Part shown: positions 33,901-46,320 of the stretch, piece after piece
Position numbering within the stretch: the stretch's first letter is position 1
Layout: every line of letters starts with the position of its first letter
Source: Bugula neritina
Lineage: Eukaryota > Animalia > Bryozoa
Direction of reading: 5' to 3'
NCBI GenBank assembly: GCA_964035545.1
Contig: OZ037772.1
Coordinates: 11,778,818-11,842,817, forward strand
Length of the DNA: 64,000 nt
The notes under the pieces: model-generated
What the model saw: only the letters and a program-made list of their open reading frames with translations
Told to the model about the DNA's origin: nothing
Database searches by the model: none
Program-made: the position numbers and the translations under genes

Positions 33901-36900
33901 TATAATATAGTATATTATACGTACATTGACTATATAACAGCGTAATATATTATAATATAGTATGTTATATAGTAATTTATTAAATATCTAATATATATTT
34001 TATTATAACACATTATGGAACATATTATATGTTGCGCTGTTTTAATTATAGCACAATATATGAATTGCACATATAATATAATAAATTTTATATGTGCAAT
34101 TTTAGCTGAGTGGTCTGGTCGCTGCATTTTGTTTTATTGGAGCAGCTTTAATCGTATTAGCAGCATTCCTCGTAATCCTCGTACCAAACATAGGTGAGTG
34201 ATGCTTGTAACTATATTTAATATCAAATTAATATTAACAAATGATTTGTTATTAAAGAAAACTATCGAGTAATACAAATCTATCTTTATAGAATTGTAAC
34301 TTAATTACATATAAAAAATATATATGAAATAAAGCATCAATTTTATGTTACCAACTCTTAATAGAATTGAAAAGAGAAAAATTTATAAATTATCTCGCTG
34401 ACGTTTAAAAATTTCTGGGCATAAAAGGATTGAAGCTCTTGTTATTCAAGGAAATTATTATGTAATGACAGAAAGCAAGAACAGCTGTGGTCTAGTAACA
34501 CTGATAGAATATGCTGGCTTAAAGTAGGTTCAGTTCATTAATAGTTGAATTCTATGAGAGCCATTGATGATGCCAAGAAGTGCATCTGCAAGCAAAAACC
34601 ATGTATAGCAATATGAGAGGTACAACTGCATGTAAACTTGCTTAAATTAAAAAGCCATGGTTGAATCAATTTGCATTTAGTTAAAAATTTTGTAGTTTTT
34701 AGTTAAAATGATATTTTTTCGCAACTGACAAAAATTAAAATGCTCAACTTTTGTGAAATCATGAGAAAATGTTATTGATTTCGTTAATTCGACTTTGAAT
34801 TTTTCTAACGATATTATTTCCTCATAAACGTGAAAGCACTGTAGTTATTCCTGCGACTGTATTATTTTAACTGCTTAAACCCAAACTATAAATTACTACT
34901 AAATTTATTTATTTTAGAAGTTTTAGGATCAACTGGAAAGAGTGCTTTCAAATTATTGCAGATTCCTGGAATGATGATCATGTTCATCACAGTGATTGTG
35001 TGTAACTTAGTAATATCATGGCGAATGGTTTTCTACAGTGGCTTCCTCTACGATACAGTAATACTGCACTTATTCAAACTTTGTATTCCTTTAGTGGTGA
35101 AATTGCTCAAAGCTTAATATATATTGCATTGAGTTTCAATTTTTGCGGAGACGGTTTTTAAAGAGTCAATATTCTGTTTAAAATAAATTCTAAAACAAAC
35201 TGTATTACAACACGTTATGATATACAACTTTAATTATTTAAATAATCTGATGTTAAATTTAAATAAATTGTTCTATCTAGAACAGCTTAGAGATGTTTTT
35301 TTATTATATTTTTCTTATTAAAGGCAATTTTAGTTATATGCTGTTCAACCTACTATTTCAGCAAATAATTTGACAATTTAGATACTAGATTTCACGATGT
35401 ATCCAAGGATCTGATAAACAAATAATTCATATTGATTTTAATGATTATGCATATATATTTTAGTTTGGGATGAAACCTGGACAGGTGGCTCTTGTTTTTA
35501 GTGGAGTCTCTCTTTTCTATGTTTTGCTATGTCCAGTGACATCTTATATTTTAGGAAAGGTACGTCTATTGTACATTGAAATATTTGTGCAGGTGTGGCA
35601 AGTGTGTGCAGGTGTTTTTAGGTGTGTGCAGATGTGTGCAGGTGTTTGCAGGTGTTTGCAAGTGTTTGCAGATGTGTGCAGGTGTGCGCAGGTGTTTGCA
35701 GGTGTGTGCAAGTGCATACAAGTGTGTGCAAATGTGTGCAGATGTGTTCAGGTGTGTTTAGGTGTGTGCAGGTGTGTGCAGGTGTATGCATGTGTTTGCA
35801 GGTGTGTGCAGGTGTTTGCAGGTGTGTACAGGTGTTTGCAGGTGTGTACAAGTGTGTGCAGGTGTGTGCAGGTGTTTGTAAGTGTTTGTAGGTGTTTGCA
35901 GGTGTGTGCAGGTGTGTGCAGGTGTTTGCAGGTGTGTGCAATTGCATGCAGATGTTTGCAGGTGTTTGCAGATGTGTATAGATGTGTAGGTGGTGTGTGG
36001 TATAAAGCTATAATATGCTAAATATTTGCAACTATAATTTGCTAATCATTGTTGCTGTAATGCAAAGATTTGTTGGTTCTCATACTTCCAGGGTTATGTA
36101 TTTTCCATGATGGTCGTTCTCTTGCCATTGAATGCAGCACTGCTGCTGTTTCTTGGACCCTCTCCTTTGCTGGATTTTATATTTCATGGCAAAAGGTAAG
36201 TTTTAATACATTTCAATGGCACAGCGATTATTAGATGAACTTCAACACAGTATTATGAGCATTAAAGTATAAAATAGCCTCATACTAACAATTTTAAGTG
36301 TATAGATAAAAAGTTAAAAATATTATTATTTCTGATCTTAGTTTAATAAATTACAAAGGATTTGCATTAATGCACTGATATATTATAGTATTACTTTAGA
36401 TTATTTTAATTATTATAAAAAAATTACATATTATATAATCTCAATCACATAAACAAGTTATTTTTGAAAAAGCTACACGTACTTTAAAATTCTAAATAAT
36501 AATGATATTGAAAAATAATTAATGTTGGTAAATTGGATATTATATAGTTTAACTGCGTGGAGTAAGAAGGCAAGTTTATTCCTTTACAGTTCTAGTATAG
36601 CTCACCAAATACTTGGAGAATATTTGATGTCTTGTTCCAACACAATTGAGCAAAATACTTTTAGCATACATCATATTACATTACATTACATAATGTTATA
36701 TTATGTTACATAAAATTGCTTATGCTTATGTTTACAAGGATTGCCAAACATAATATTGATTCAGGTTTGAGAATAATGTTTATATTTTTTTAGAAATATT
36801 ATTGTAATATTTTATGTCTTGTATTTTATGTAAATTGTTTTATATTCATTTTTAATTTACATTATTTATATTTATTCATATATATTATATTCATTTTAAT

Positions 36901-38493
36901 TTACAGTTATTTGCCACTCACTCTGACCACTCATTTTATGACCATGATTTCCCAGCAGGGTGCCTATATACCTCCATTCAAGGCTATGCTAGATTTGGCA
37001 GTGTAAGTATTATATAAGCCAATTTGAGCTCATCGAAAAATTGCATGAATGCATGTTTTCATAAAGTTGAAACTTATTAGACACCATCAATATAATATAA
37101 TATCATAACATGATTTTTATAGTTGGCTTATAAAAAATAAATTTCTCTAAATAAAAAAATATAGACATGCACAAAGTTGAACTTTTGAACAATCTTGAGA
37201 TGAGCAAAAGAAAAAAAGAGGATTTTACTTAATATATTAAGAAACTAAAATAATTAATTATTGACAGCTATGGTGTCTATGGAGCTTATATAACTTATAA
37301 AATTATTTTAGTCAATATTTTCCCAAGTCAAAACAATTATTATCTTCTCAAATGTAAGTATTCAGTTTAATGTAACTATAGCGTAAATGGGTATAAAGAA
37401 GACAGTTTGGAATTGTATGGAATGACGAGTGGTCTGGTAAACTGTGGACTTGGTGTAGGCTGGATCCTTGGTCCAGGGATTGGAGGAAAAGTTGTAGAGG
37501 AAGTTGGATACGGTTCCAGTCTCACCTACTTGTCTTTTCTCCAGTTTACTTTGGTATGTGTGTCTAGGATCATAACAACTCTTCTTTCCTAACCTGTTCT
37601 GTTTGGAAGGACAGGTTAGGAAATATTCAAAGTTCTTAATTCTTTTAAAAACATTTTATTGGATTGATTTTTATATACAACTGACTAAAACCAATTTAAA
37701 ATTATATTTAATTTAAGTATGTAATAATATCATTTAGGGAATATCTTTTTAATTTGTTCAAGCAACCCTCTATTAATTTTTGGGGAAAACATAGTTAGGC
37801 TTTACATAAAACTTAAATTTAAAATGACATAAATCTTTTTCTTTTTCAGGATTTATATTTTTGCAAAAAGCGCTTGAATTTCATGACATTTAAGTCGTTA
37901 TAATTATTGCAATTTCATGGTTTATAGTAGTCAAAGTATTGAGAAATTAATTTATTTAGAATACATTAATATTCAACAGCATGTTCTCAACAGATAGTAT
38001 ATAATGCAAATGTTACCGGTCCAAAAAACGATTGAAACCTGCTTTATTTAAGTCATGCATGCTAAGAAAGCTAATTTTTAATAAGATTTAGAAATGCATG
38101 CCATGAACTAGTGTTATTATGCTAAAAAAATTCAAAGTCAGGTTAAAACTGGTTATAGTTTCGTTATGATGTTCAAATAAGAAAACCTATAAAGCATTCA
38201 TTTATATTGCATATGCAGTATTCTATATTGTGTTTTAGGTATCAATCATTATTATATATTTATTGGCTATGAAGTTATGCAACAAGCCGCTCAAACTAGT
38301 AGCTGCCAATGTGTACCAGGAGCACAGCAGCTTATTGAAGAATGACTCACTCCATCAAACTACAGACAGCGATAGCAGCAGCAGACAAATATCAAATATA
38401 GCCAACCAGCTAATCAGGAGGCTACACACATTGTTTGACAAATCAGTGACAGAGACCTCTGTAGTTACTTGTAATCCGCAACCTAAAATTTGA
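30978..38493 (+). CDS. MFS transporter, SLC18B1-like, paralog 1 (11 exons)
   Basis: Exons 30978-31211, 32148-32221, 32383-32530, 33219-33287, 34106-34193, 34918-35057, 35464-35559, 36092-36195, 36907-37002, 37382-37553, 38239-38493; motifs IGLVFSSYELA..LASP..G, TRFLAGIG, G...GPAIGGALYE, NGY..SLELYGMTSGL, G..LGPGIGG; multiple TM helices. Confidence 0.88.
33302..33561. repeat. 33-bp minisatellite (~8 copies) at start of MFS-1 intron 4
   Basis: TAGGCAGCAGGTTATACTTGTCAGCAGTTC(A/G)TG units beginning ~15 nt after the donor at 33288. Confidence 0.93.
35588..35990. repeat. 10-bp minisatellite (GCAGGTGT[G/T]T)n, ~40 copies, start of MFS-1 intron 7
   Basis: Directly visible; begins ~28 nt after the donor at 35560; source of Cys/Val-rich spurious ORFs. 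Confidence 0.93.
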
Positions 38494-39269
38494 ATGATAA
38501 TTCATAACATATATAGTTTTCAAAAAATTGAATTTTTCTTATTAAATGAAGTGACTCAAATTTGACTTATTAGTATTGTTTTTGATGTTTGTCTGTTTGT
38601 TTGTTTGTTTGTTTGTTTTTATTTTGTCGCAGTCAGGAAAAAAATTAATTGAGAAAAAATAACCAAAATGACAGGGCCTATGGCGCAATAGCACTGTAGC
38701 TAGTCGAGGCAGCGAGCCATGAATGGTTGACAGTCAGCTTATGTTTCAAAATTTTTAAATTTTTTTGCCTCAAATGCTTCACTGCCTGGTTATATACTTG
38801 CAGAAGGGCTATATATAATGGCTGCATACATGGTAAGTATGTAAAGTCTGTCAAGGGTGACTAATCTATTAAGTATATTATAGGTTTCTCAGTCAGATCA
38901 AGTAGAACTAATTATTATTACAAGAAACTGAAAGTCAAAAATTTACGAGGCAAGAGAACAACAAGCAGATTAAGTATACAGTGAAACTGCAATAATTCAA
39001 TCATCCTTAAATTAATGCTTCACTGACTTAAAAAAGCACGAAGGTTTTCAAAGTTAAGTATAAAATGGTCTCACATGAATAACTCCGATAATCATTTATC
39101 AGCCGTAAGTATGGTACATCTTACGGATCACATTGCCACAGCTTATGAAATTCCGTTACAGTCTACTACACTAATTGCCTGCTTGTCCAATATACATAGC
39201 AATTTCTACAGTAAAAAGTTATTTATTACTTAGTGTTATAACCATGCAGTAGTTTAACATATCTAAATA

Positions 39270-42200
39270 ATGGACGACCTAGAAGATACAGAAACTCAGA
39301 AAGAGAGAAGTAAGACCAAACAAATTCTAACTCTTATAGTACTCTGTGCCGTTCAGTTCTTTGCTATCTCATCTGAGTCTGCCATGTACTCATGCTTTCC
39401 ACCAGCTGCTTCTCTGAAAGACATGAATAATGTACAAATAGGACTGGTGTTTTCTTCCTACGAGCTAGCAAGACTGCTAGCTTCTCCAGTGGCTGGTTCA
39501 TTGGTATGTATTATACAGATCCTTGTACAAACAGCTTAACTTCATACTCTACTAGTTCACGGTGTGTTTTATTTAACTACTACATGTATTGTGAGACTGT
39601 CTTAGTTTTGCTGAGAAGATTTGTTCACAGTATAAGATTCAATTAATACTTGTGTGTTTTTGAATCTTTTGTAAATCAAGATAACTTTTTGAGTAGTGAA
39701 AGGCTATTGACATGTTTTTATATATATTACAATACAAGATACATTATGCATCTGTTACAATTGACAAATGATACAATGGAAATGCGTGTAATAGCTTAAG
39801 TAGTTTTCTTACTAGCTACAATGTCTATGTATATAATATAGCTATTAAAAAATTCCTTTAGGTATTATAACACCAATGTATAAAGTTCAAATTAAATATT
39901 TGAAAAATTTAGTAGAATTTTAATCTAGTTTGTATTTATAAATGAATATTTGGCTATCAATCTAGTACCGTTTTTCTCAACCCAAGTTTCTCACTGTATG
40001 TGTAGTATATATATGTATATTATAGTACACGCTTCTCCTTATGGTACAGAATAAATACCAATATCAATAGTGCTACTGCAAGGGGTTTGAACCCACAAGC
40101 AAAAGCAGTTACTATATACACCTACAAAATATAACCTCTATACTCTGGCTATTTTTAGTTGCTGGTGTATATCTATTAGATGTTATTAACTTCAAAGTAT
40201 GTTATTTATAGGGTACTATTAACTGGTAATTCAGTCATTTATTTTTAAAAGTATGTTTAGGCATATTAATTAGTAAAACACTTTTTTTGTTGAGCTGGAA
40301 ATAGATTTGAGTATGAATGGTGCTGTTTTTCAGGTTGCAAGAGTAACTCCCAAAAAGATAGGACTATGTGGACTTCTAATAACAGGATCCATGTGCATTG
40401 CTTTTAGGTATGAATCATTTTTGATGATAGAATTACATTTTAATTAAATTTTATACTTCACTAAATTTTTACTGTTAGATGTGATTATAGTTTTTCTAAA
40501 TTATGTTTCATTTAAATATTGAACTGGCTAAGATATTGAAAGAATAAACTTGTCATCTCATGACGTTCTAAAACATGAGTTGAAGTTCATACCATAGTTA
40601 AAGTTTACCACTGGAAACTGTTTGAAACAAAAACCTTTTAAATAAAAGTTTTCATTTTAATATTATTATACTGCAGTTATATGTTTATAACTATAACTAT
40701 AGCTAAATGCTAAACGATCTTATATATATAGTTACTTATATATTATAGTATCTCTTTAACACTATAGTAGAGTTTTATTTAAATATTCTTATATATTTTA
40801 GCATATCTAATTAATAACTGACAGAACTTAACAGTTTATTGTTTAAAACATTGAAATATTTTTTAGCACATCAGTGAATTGTAATATATATTTTAATGAG
40901 GTACGCAAGATCTTTCTTGTAGATTTATAAATTCATGAAAATATATATTCCACAGCAATTAGATTGAATCAGCTTTAAAGTAAGGATATGTGTAAAAAAT
41001 TAAGTAAACAAGTGTGAACAATTGTTATAAATATTCACTTTAATTGGTTTCAGTTTAGCTTTCTATGCCAGCAACTCTTACTACTTTCTACTGTGCATGG
41101 TGACACGATTTCTTGCTGGAATTGGAGCTGCGTTTACCACAGTTTCCGTGATGACTCTGGCCTTGAAATCTGTCAGATTCATTAAAACAACAAGTATAAT
41201 GGTGAGTGTGGTTTAATAAAAAAGCTCACACAAATTTAAAGTTGCCATTCCTGTGAGAAAACCCTGATAAAAGGGTTTTTGTTAAATCGGGCTAAGAACT
41301 TATTTAGATAAAGAAAAGGAGCAATTATGATCTAATGTTCTGCTTAACATCACTAATAGCCTTCACGGGTTTCTAACCTATGACCGTGCGTTTACTATAA
41401 GGAAACTCTTTAACCCCTAGACCACAGCTGCTTACATGAGTGTATATTGTTACAATCTATATAATGGTGTTTTAATATTTAGTAAAAAAATATTATAGAG
41501 CAGACAATATGTATTTAGGAAATAAATGAAGTCATATATATATATATGGGTACATGTTACAGGGAGCAGCCGTGGTCTAGGGGTTAGAGCATTTGACTAG
41601 TAAACAAAAGGTCATGAGTTCAAGCCGGAACAAAGGCCATTTGTGATGTTAGGAAGAGCATCCAGTCATAATTGCTCCTGTGCCACATTTAAATAAGTCC
41701 TTAGCCTACTTTAACAAAAACCTTTTCGATCAGGAGTTTCTCACAGGAATGGTGACTATGAGCCTGCATGTTTTTTTATATATATATACTTGTGACTATA
41801 CACAATGTTTATGTTTGAACTCTATGTAGGGAGTAGTGGAAGCTGCGGTTGGCGCCGGACACTCAGGTGGACCAGCCATTGGAGGAGGTTTGTATGAGGT
41901 AAGTCCATGAGGCAGCAGATTACACTTTGCAGCAGATTAAACCTTGAAGCACATTTATTAGGAATAGAATTGTGAAATTAGTACATGTTTATTGATCTCA
42001 ATAACACAAATCTTGACATAAAATAAAAAAAAGTTAAAAAGTTTCGAGGCAAAATTTGTGTTGCAATTATTTTAATTTATTGACGCTCTTTTTTATTATC
42101 AAATGTGCAAGCTTTGATGCTGAGGTTATATTATATTACAATGCTAAACATTTAACAGCATATTAAGTATATTATAGCACAATACTTATAGTTATATCAC

Positions 42201-45200
42201 ATATTGTATCTTAATTTAATTAGTATAATACTCTGAATTGCATTAAATTCTAATTCAATACATGGAAACTTATTATGATATATGTCACATTGCATTGTAC
42301 TATACTAAAATTTAGCACAATACTTAACGTTTTATTACAATGCACAATGCTACATTTAATTTCATTATGTTATTACACAATTCATAGCATTATGTTATAT
42401 TAAAATCACATGTACATACAATGGATTTTTTGACCTATATATAATAAATACTATAGTATTTTAAATTGTTAGGTAATGATATATTATTCGATCTATATGC
42501 TATTAAGCAATGTTTTGGTACAGACGTAAATATAAACAAAGTTAATATCTGCTTGCAAGGCTAGTGAATTACTGATAATAAATATGTACCAATTATTTCA
42601 GCTGAGTGGGAGCATAGTAGCTGCTTTTAGCACTATTGGAGCAACTCTAATCATTTTAACAGTATTTCTCGCAATCCTCGTACCAAATGTAGGTGAGTGG
42701 TGCTGATAATATAGTTATTATATTTTCTTTATATCTTAACAAGCAACATATTCATATTTTAGAAAACCAACTGGCAATAACAGTAACTAACTATCATAAA
42801 TTTTCAATTAGCCAGGAACCAGTGCTTTACACTCAAATGTAGCTTTGCTGACAGTTTAAACACTAAATATTTTATTATTTTACCATAAAAAAGTGACTAT
42901 ATAAATAGACATATCTTACTGCAGTTTGCACCTGCTCAGAGTTTATTTGCTGAAGCATTGTAAATATACATGTTTTTATATTATTCTGAATACAACAAAG
43001 CTAGTGACAGCTAATGTATTTATGTGCTTTAGAAGCTAAAAAGTCAACTGCAGGAAAAAGCAGCTTACAGTTATTGAAGATTCCGGGAGTAGCTCTGATG
43101 TTGATAACAGTCATCGTGTGTAACCTGGTGATATCATGGAGGACAGTCTTCTACAGTGGCTTTCTCTACCATACAGTAACTATCTTCTTTAATAAACGTA
43201 TTAGTATATATAGGGAACATGCAGTCGTGGTCTGGGGGTTCGAATGTTTGCTTAGTATTTAGCCATGGGTTTGAGTCCCTGACAAAAGCCATTGATGATG
43301 TATATGTAGGAAGAGCATCCGTAAATACATGAGAATATATAAAAAAGTGCATGAAAAATGTAAAACAATTATTGCCTTTATTGCTAGTTACTATATGATA
43401 TGATAATATATTTTATATGAAAAGACATATTGAAAATACCCACACATCATTGCAGTTAAAGTTTTAAGTTAAATGCTATAATATATATGTATATAGACTG
43501 AGAAACATTACAAATGGTTATCAATCAATTATATGTTATGCAAAAGTAGTAAAAGGTATACTTTCAAAATCATTATAATATTTACTATTTTTAGAACATC
43601 ATATCTTCAAATATTTACATATATTAGTTTGAAGAGTGTGTTTATTACATTACACAGTTGGCAAAGCTTATAGGTGTACTATTATAGCTGCTCAAAATTA
43701 TACTATTGCAACAAATAGTTTGCATATATGTATTCTTGGTTTAAAAAAGCAGTTGATTTGTAACAAAGAATATTTATAAGCTCATTATAATGTAATTACA
43801 AATTGGAACATTTTAAATTCTTTGTAGTTTGGGCTAGGACCTGGAAGCGTGGCCCTTATTTTTGTAGCAGTGTCTTCCTTCTATGTGATGCTGTGTCCAT
43901 TGACCTCTTATGTCTTAGGAAAGGTACGTACTGCACAATTGACAATAGATGTTATTGAAACTGTATACTAAAACGTCTAAATTTTTGACTCATAAAAAGC
44001 TGTAGATATACCAATCGCCATATACTGCAGCATTTTTTTCAACAGATCGATGCTTCTAATATATTTCGAACAGATATAGTTGTTGATATATGTAAATAAT
44101 GCAGAGATCAGTATGAGTCATTCGTAAGAAACGGGTACAAAGCTGCAAGATATTTAAACGATATTACCTTTTTCCTGTTACATAACGTTGTCAACGTACA
44201 GTGATACTTTTTGTTACAGCATAAAATAACTCTCTATTATATAGACTATGTCCTACACGATTATCACATCAATGATGGTTTTGTATTATTTGTGTGTTTT
44301 TATGCGTTATATACGGTTAATATAGAGAAACACTGAGTTATTGTTGGAATACATAAGTTATGCTATCTTTATTTCAGGGCTACATATTCTCTATGATGCT
44401 AGCTCTTTTTACCCTGAATGTAGTGCTACTGTTGTTTATTGGACCATCTCCTTTACTAAACTTTATTTTTCACCATAAAAAGTGAGTGCTCCTATATCTA
44501 TTACATGATATTATATTATATACATGTTAACTCAAGTTTTACCTATATAATATATAAAGTCCCATAAATTTTCAAGTAAACTGTTAGACTGTGATTCTTA
44601 TTTACAGTTATTTACCACTCACTCTGACTTGCCACTTTATGACAATGATTTCCCAGCAGGGCGCCAATATACCACCATTCAAGGCTATGCTAGATTTGGC
44701 AGTGTGAGTATTATAATATATAGCGGGTGAAGTGCTTGTGCATGTGCTAATGTCATCAATTAATAATATTATACTGAACATGCAAGTTTCATAATGGAGA
44801 CAACTAAAAACTTGCAAAATGATTAACTATTTAATGCTCATGTTTTTTCAATGAGAAATATCCTTACGCATATTTTATATGTTTAGCTACTCAAATTTAT
44901 GAAAATCAACTGAAATTATATTGCTTTGAATTAAAACTTAATAATTTGTAAAACAATAATTTATCAGTTTGATATTTCTTCATTTAGCGTGAATGGATAT
45001 AAAGAAGACAGTTTGGAGTTGTATGGAATGACGAGTGGTCTGGTAAACTGTGGACTTGGTGTAGGCTGGATCCTTGGTCCAGGGATTGGAGGAAAAGTTG
45101 TGGAGGAAGTTGGATATGGTTCCAGTCTCACCTACTTGTCATTTCTCCAGTTTACTTTGGTATGTGTCTTTTACCAAAGCAGCTTTCATTTATATTACAG

Positions 45201-45899
45201 CGGCTGATTCTTTGCAGAACATGTTTTTCTTTGATAGTTTGCATACAATTGACTAAAGCAAATTCAAAGTGACAATTGATACAGATAAAAGCTCAATTAA
45301 TCTTTTATTTTTGTTGAAAATCCAGGTATTTTGCAACACATAAATTCTGAAAACATTTTAGTTCAATATTAGAGAATATTTAAAATTGTGCTAGTTAAAT
45401 TTAATTAAAATCTATTGGTAATTGTAGTTCATTCTTAACACTGTTTAAAATAATTGTCAAAACTTTTTGCTTGGTATAAGCTACTTAATAAGCAATTATT
45501 CTATATCTAAATTAAAAAAATCAAAGAGTAGATGATTCTAAAATGGTATTATAAAAAGAAACTATAACAAAACTAAAATTGATTCTCTTTATAATTAGTA
45601 GAGCCTATATAACATTGTGGATTGTTTTTATATTATGTTTTTAGGTATCAATCATCATTATATATTTATTGGCTATGAAGTTTTTTAAAAAACCACTTCG
45701 ACTAACAGAAGATAATTTGTGCCAAGATTATGACAGCTTATTAGAAAATGATTCACTTCATCAAACTACTGACAGCGATAGCGGCAGCAGACAAGTATCA
45801 AATATAGCCAATCAGCTAATCAGGAGGCTACACACATTGTTTGACAAATCAGTGACAGAGACCTCTGTAGTTAGTTGTAATCCGCAACCTGAAAGTTGA
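39270..45899 (+). CDS. MFS transporter, SLC18B1-like, paralog 2 (11 exons)
   Basis: Exons 39270-39503, 40334-40407, 41054-41201, 41830-41898, 42602-42692, 43033-43175, 43828-43923, 44378-44481, 44608-44703, 44988-45159, 45645-45899; same structure as paralog 1. Confidence 0.88.
41225..41432 (-). mobile_element. tRNA-derived SINE, full-length copy
   Basis: Reverse complement aligns to 41562-41770 and 48654-48875 (AGCAGCTGTGGTCTAGGGGTTA...TTTCTCACAGGAATGG). Confidence 0.8.
41562..41770 (+). mobile_element. tRNA-derived SINE, full-length copy
   Basis: A-box-like TGGTCTAGGGG, B-box-like GAGTTCAAGCC, conserved core GCCATT.GTGATGTTAGGAAGAGCATCC, tail TTTCTCACAGG. Confidence 0.82.
43221..43321 (+). 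mobile_element. tRNA-derived SINE, 3'-truncated copy (weaker remnants at 34479-34588 and 28378-28408)
   Basis: GCAGTCGTGGTCTGGGGGTT...GCCATTGATGATG...AGGAAGAGCATCC. Confidence 0.65.
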
Positions 45900-46320
45900 T
45901 AAATAATTTTTATGCAGCCTAGCTACCAAAACAATTTTTCTTGAAATGATTGTTTTCTATCTTGTATAGGTAAATATTACATACATGCAAGACTATGAAT
46001 ATTTTCATAAAGTTGTTGATACATCTACATATAAAGACCTTTTGTATAATTAAGTATTATATAAATAATATAAATTTTATATGAATAAAATTACTTATAA
46101 TAAATATGTTTGTTTAATTAGTGAAAGCCAGCAACAATGCTTGCTTTGGCTAAAGAGATACTGCATATTGTTGATATGTTGTTATGCCTAACAATATGCT
46201 GCACTATTGTTGCGCAATCATTAGCTCATTCAACTTACCTGCAGGCAGAACTGTGCTAAAGGAATCAACCTTTTAGCCAAAAGAAAAACTAGAAACACAA
46301 CTCGGAGTAAATTTCTAATA

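Noticed and set aside
35560-36021. Cys-rich metallothionein/keratin-like ORFs
   Set aside because: 10-bp intronic minisatellite; the real exon ends at the 35560 donor, as in paralog 2.
41562-41640. tRNA gene
   Set aside because: A/B-box-like motifs but no cloverleaf, and it continues into a multi-copy SINE body.
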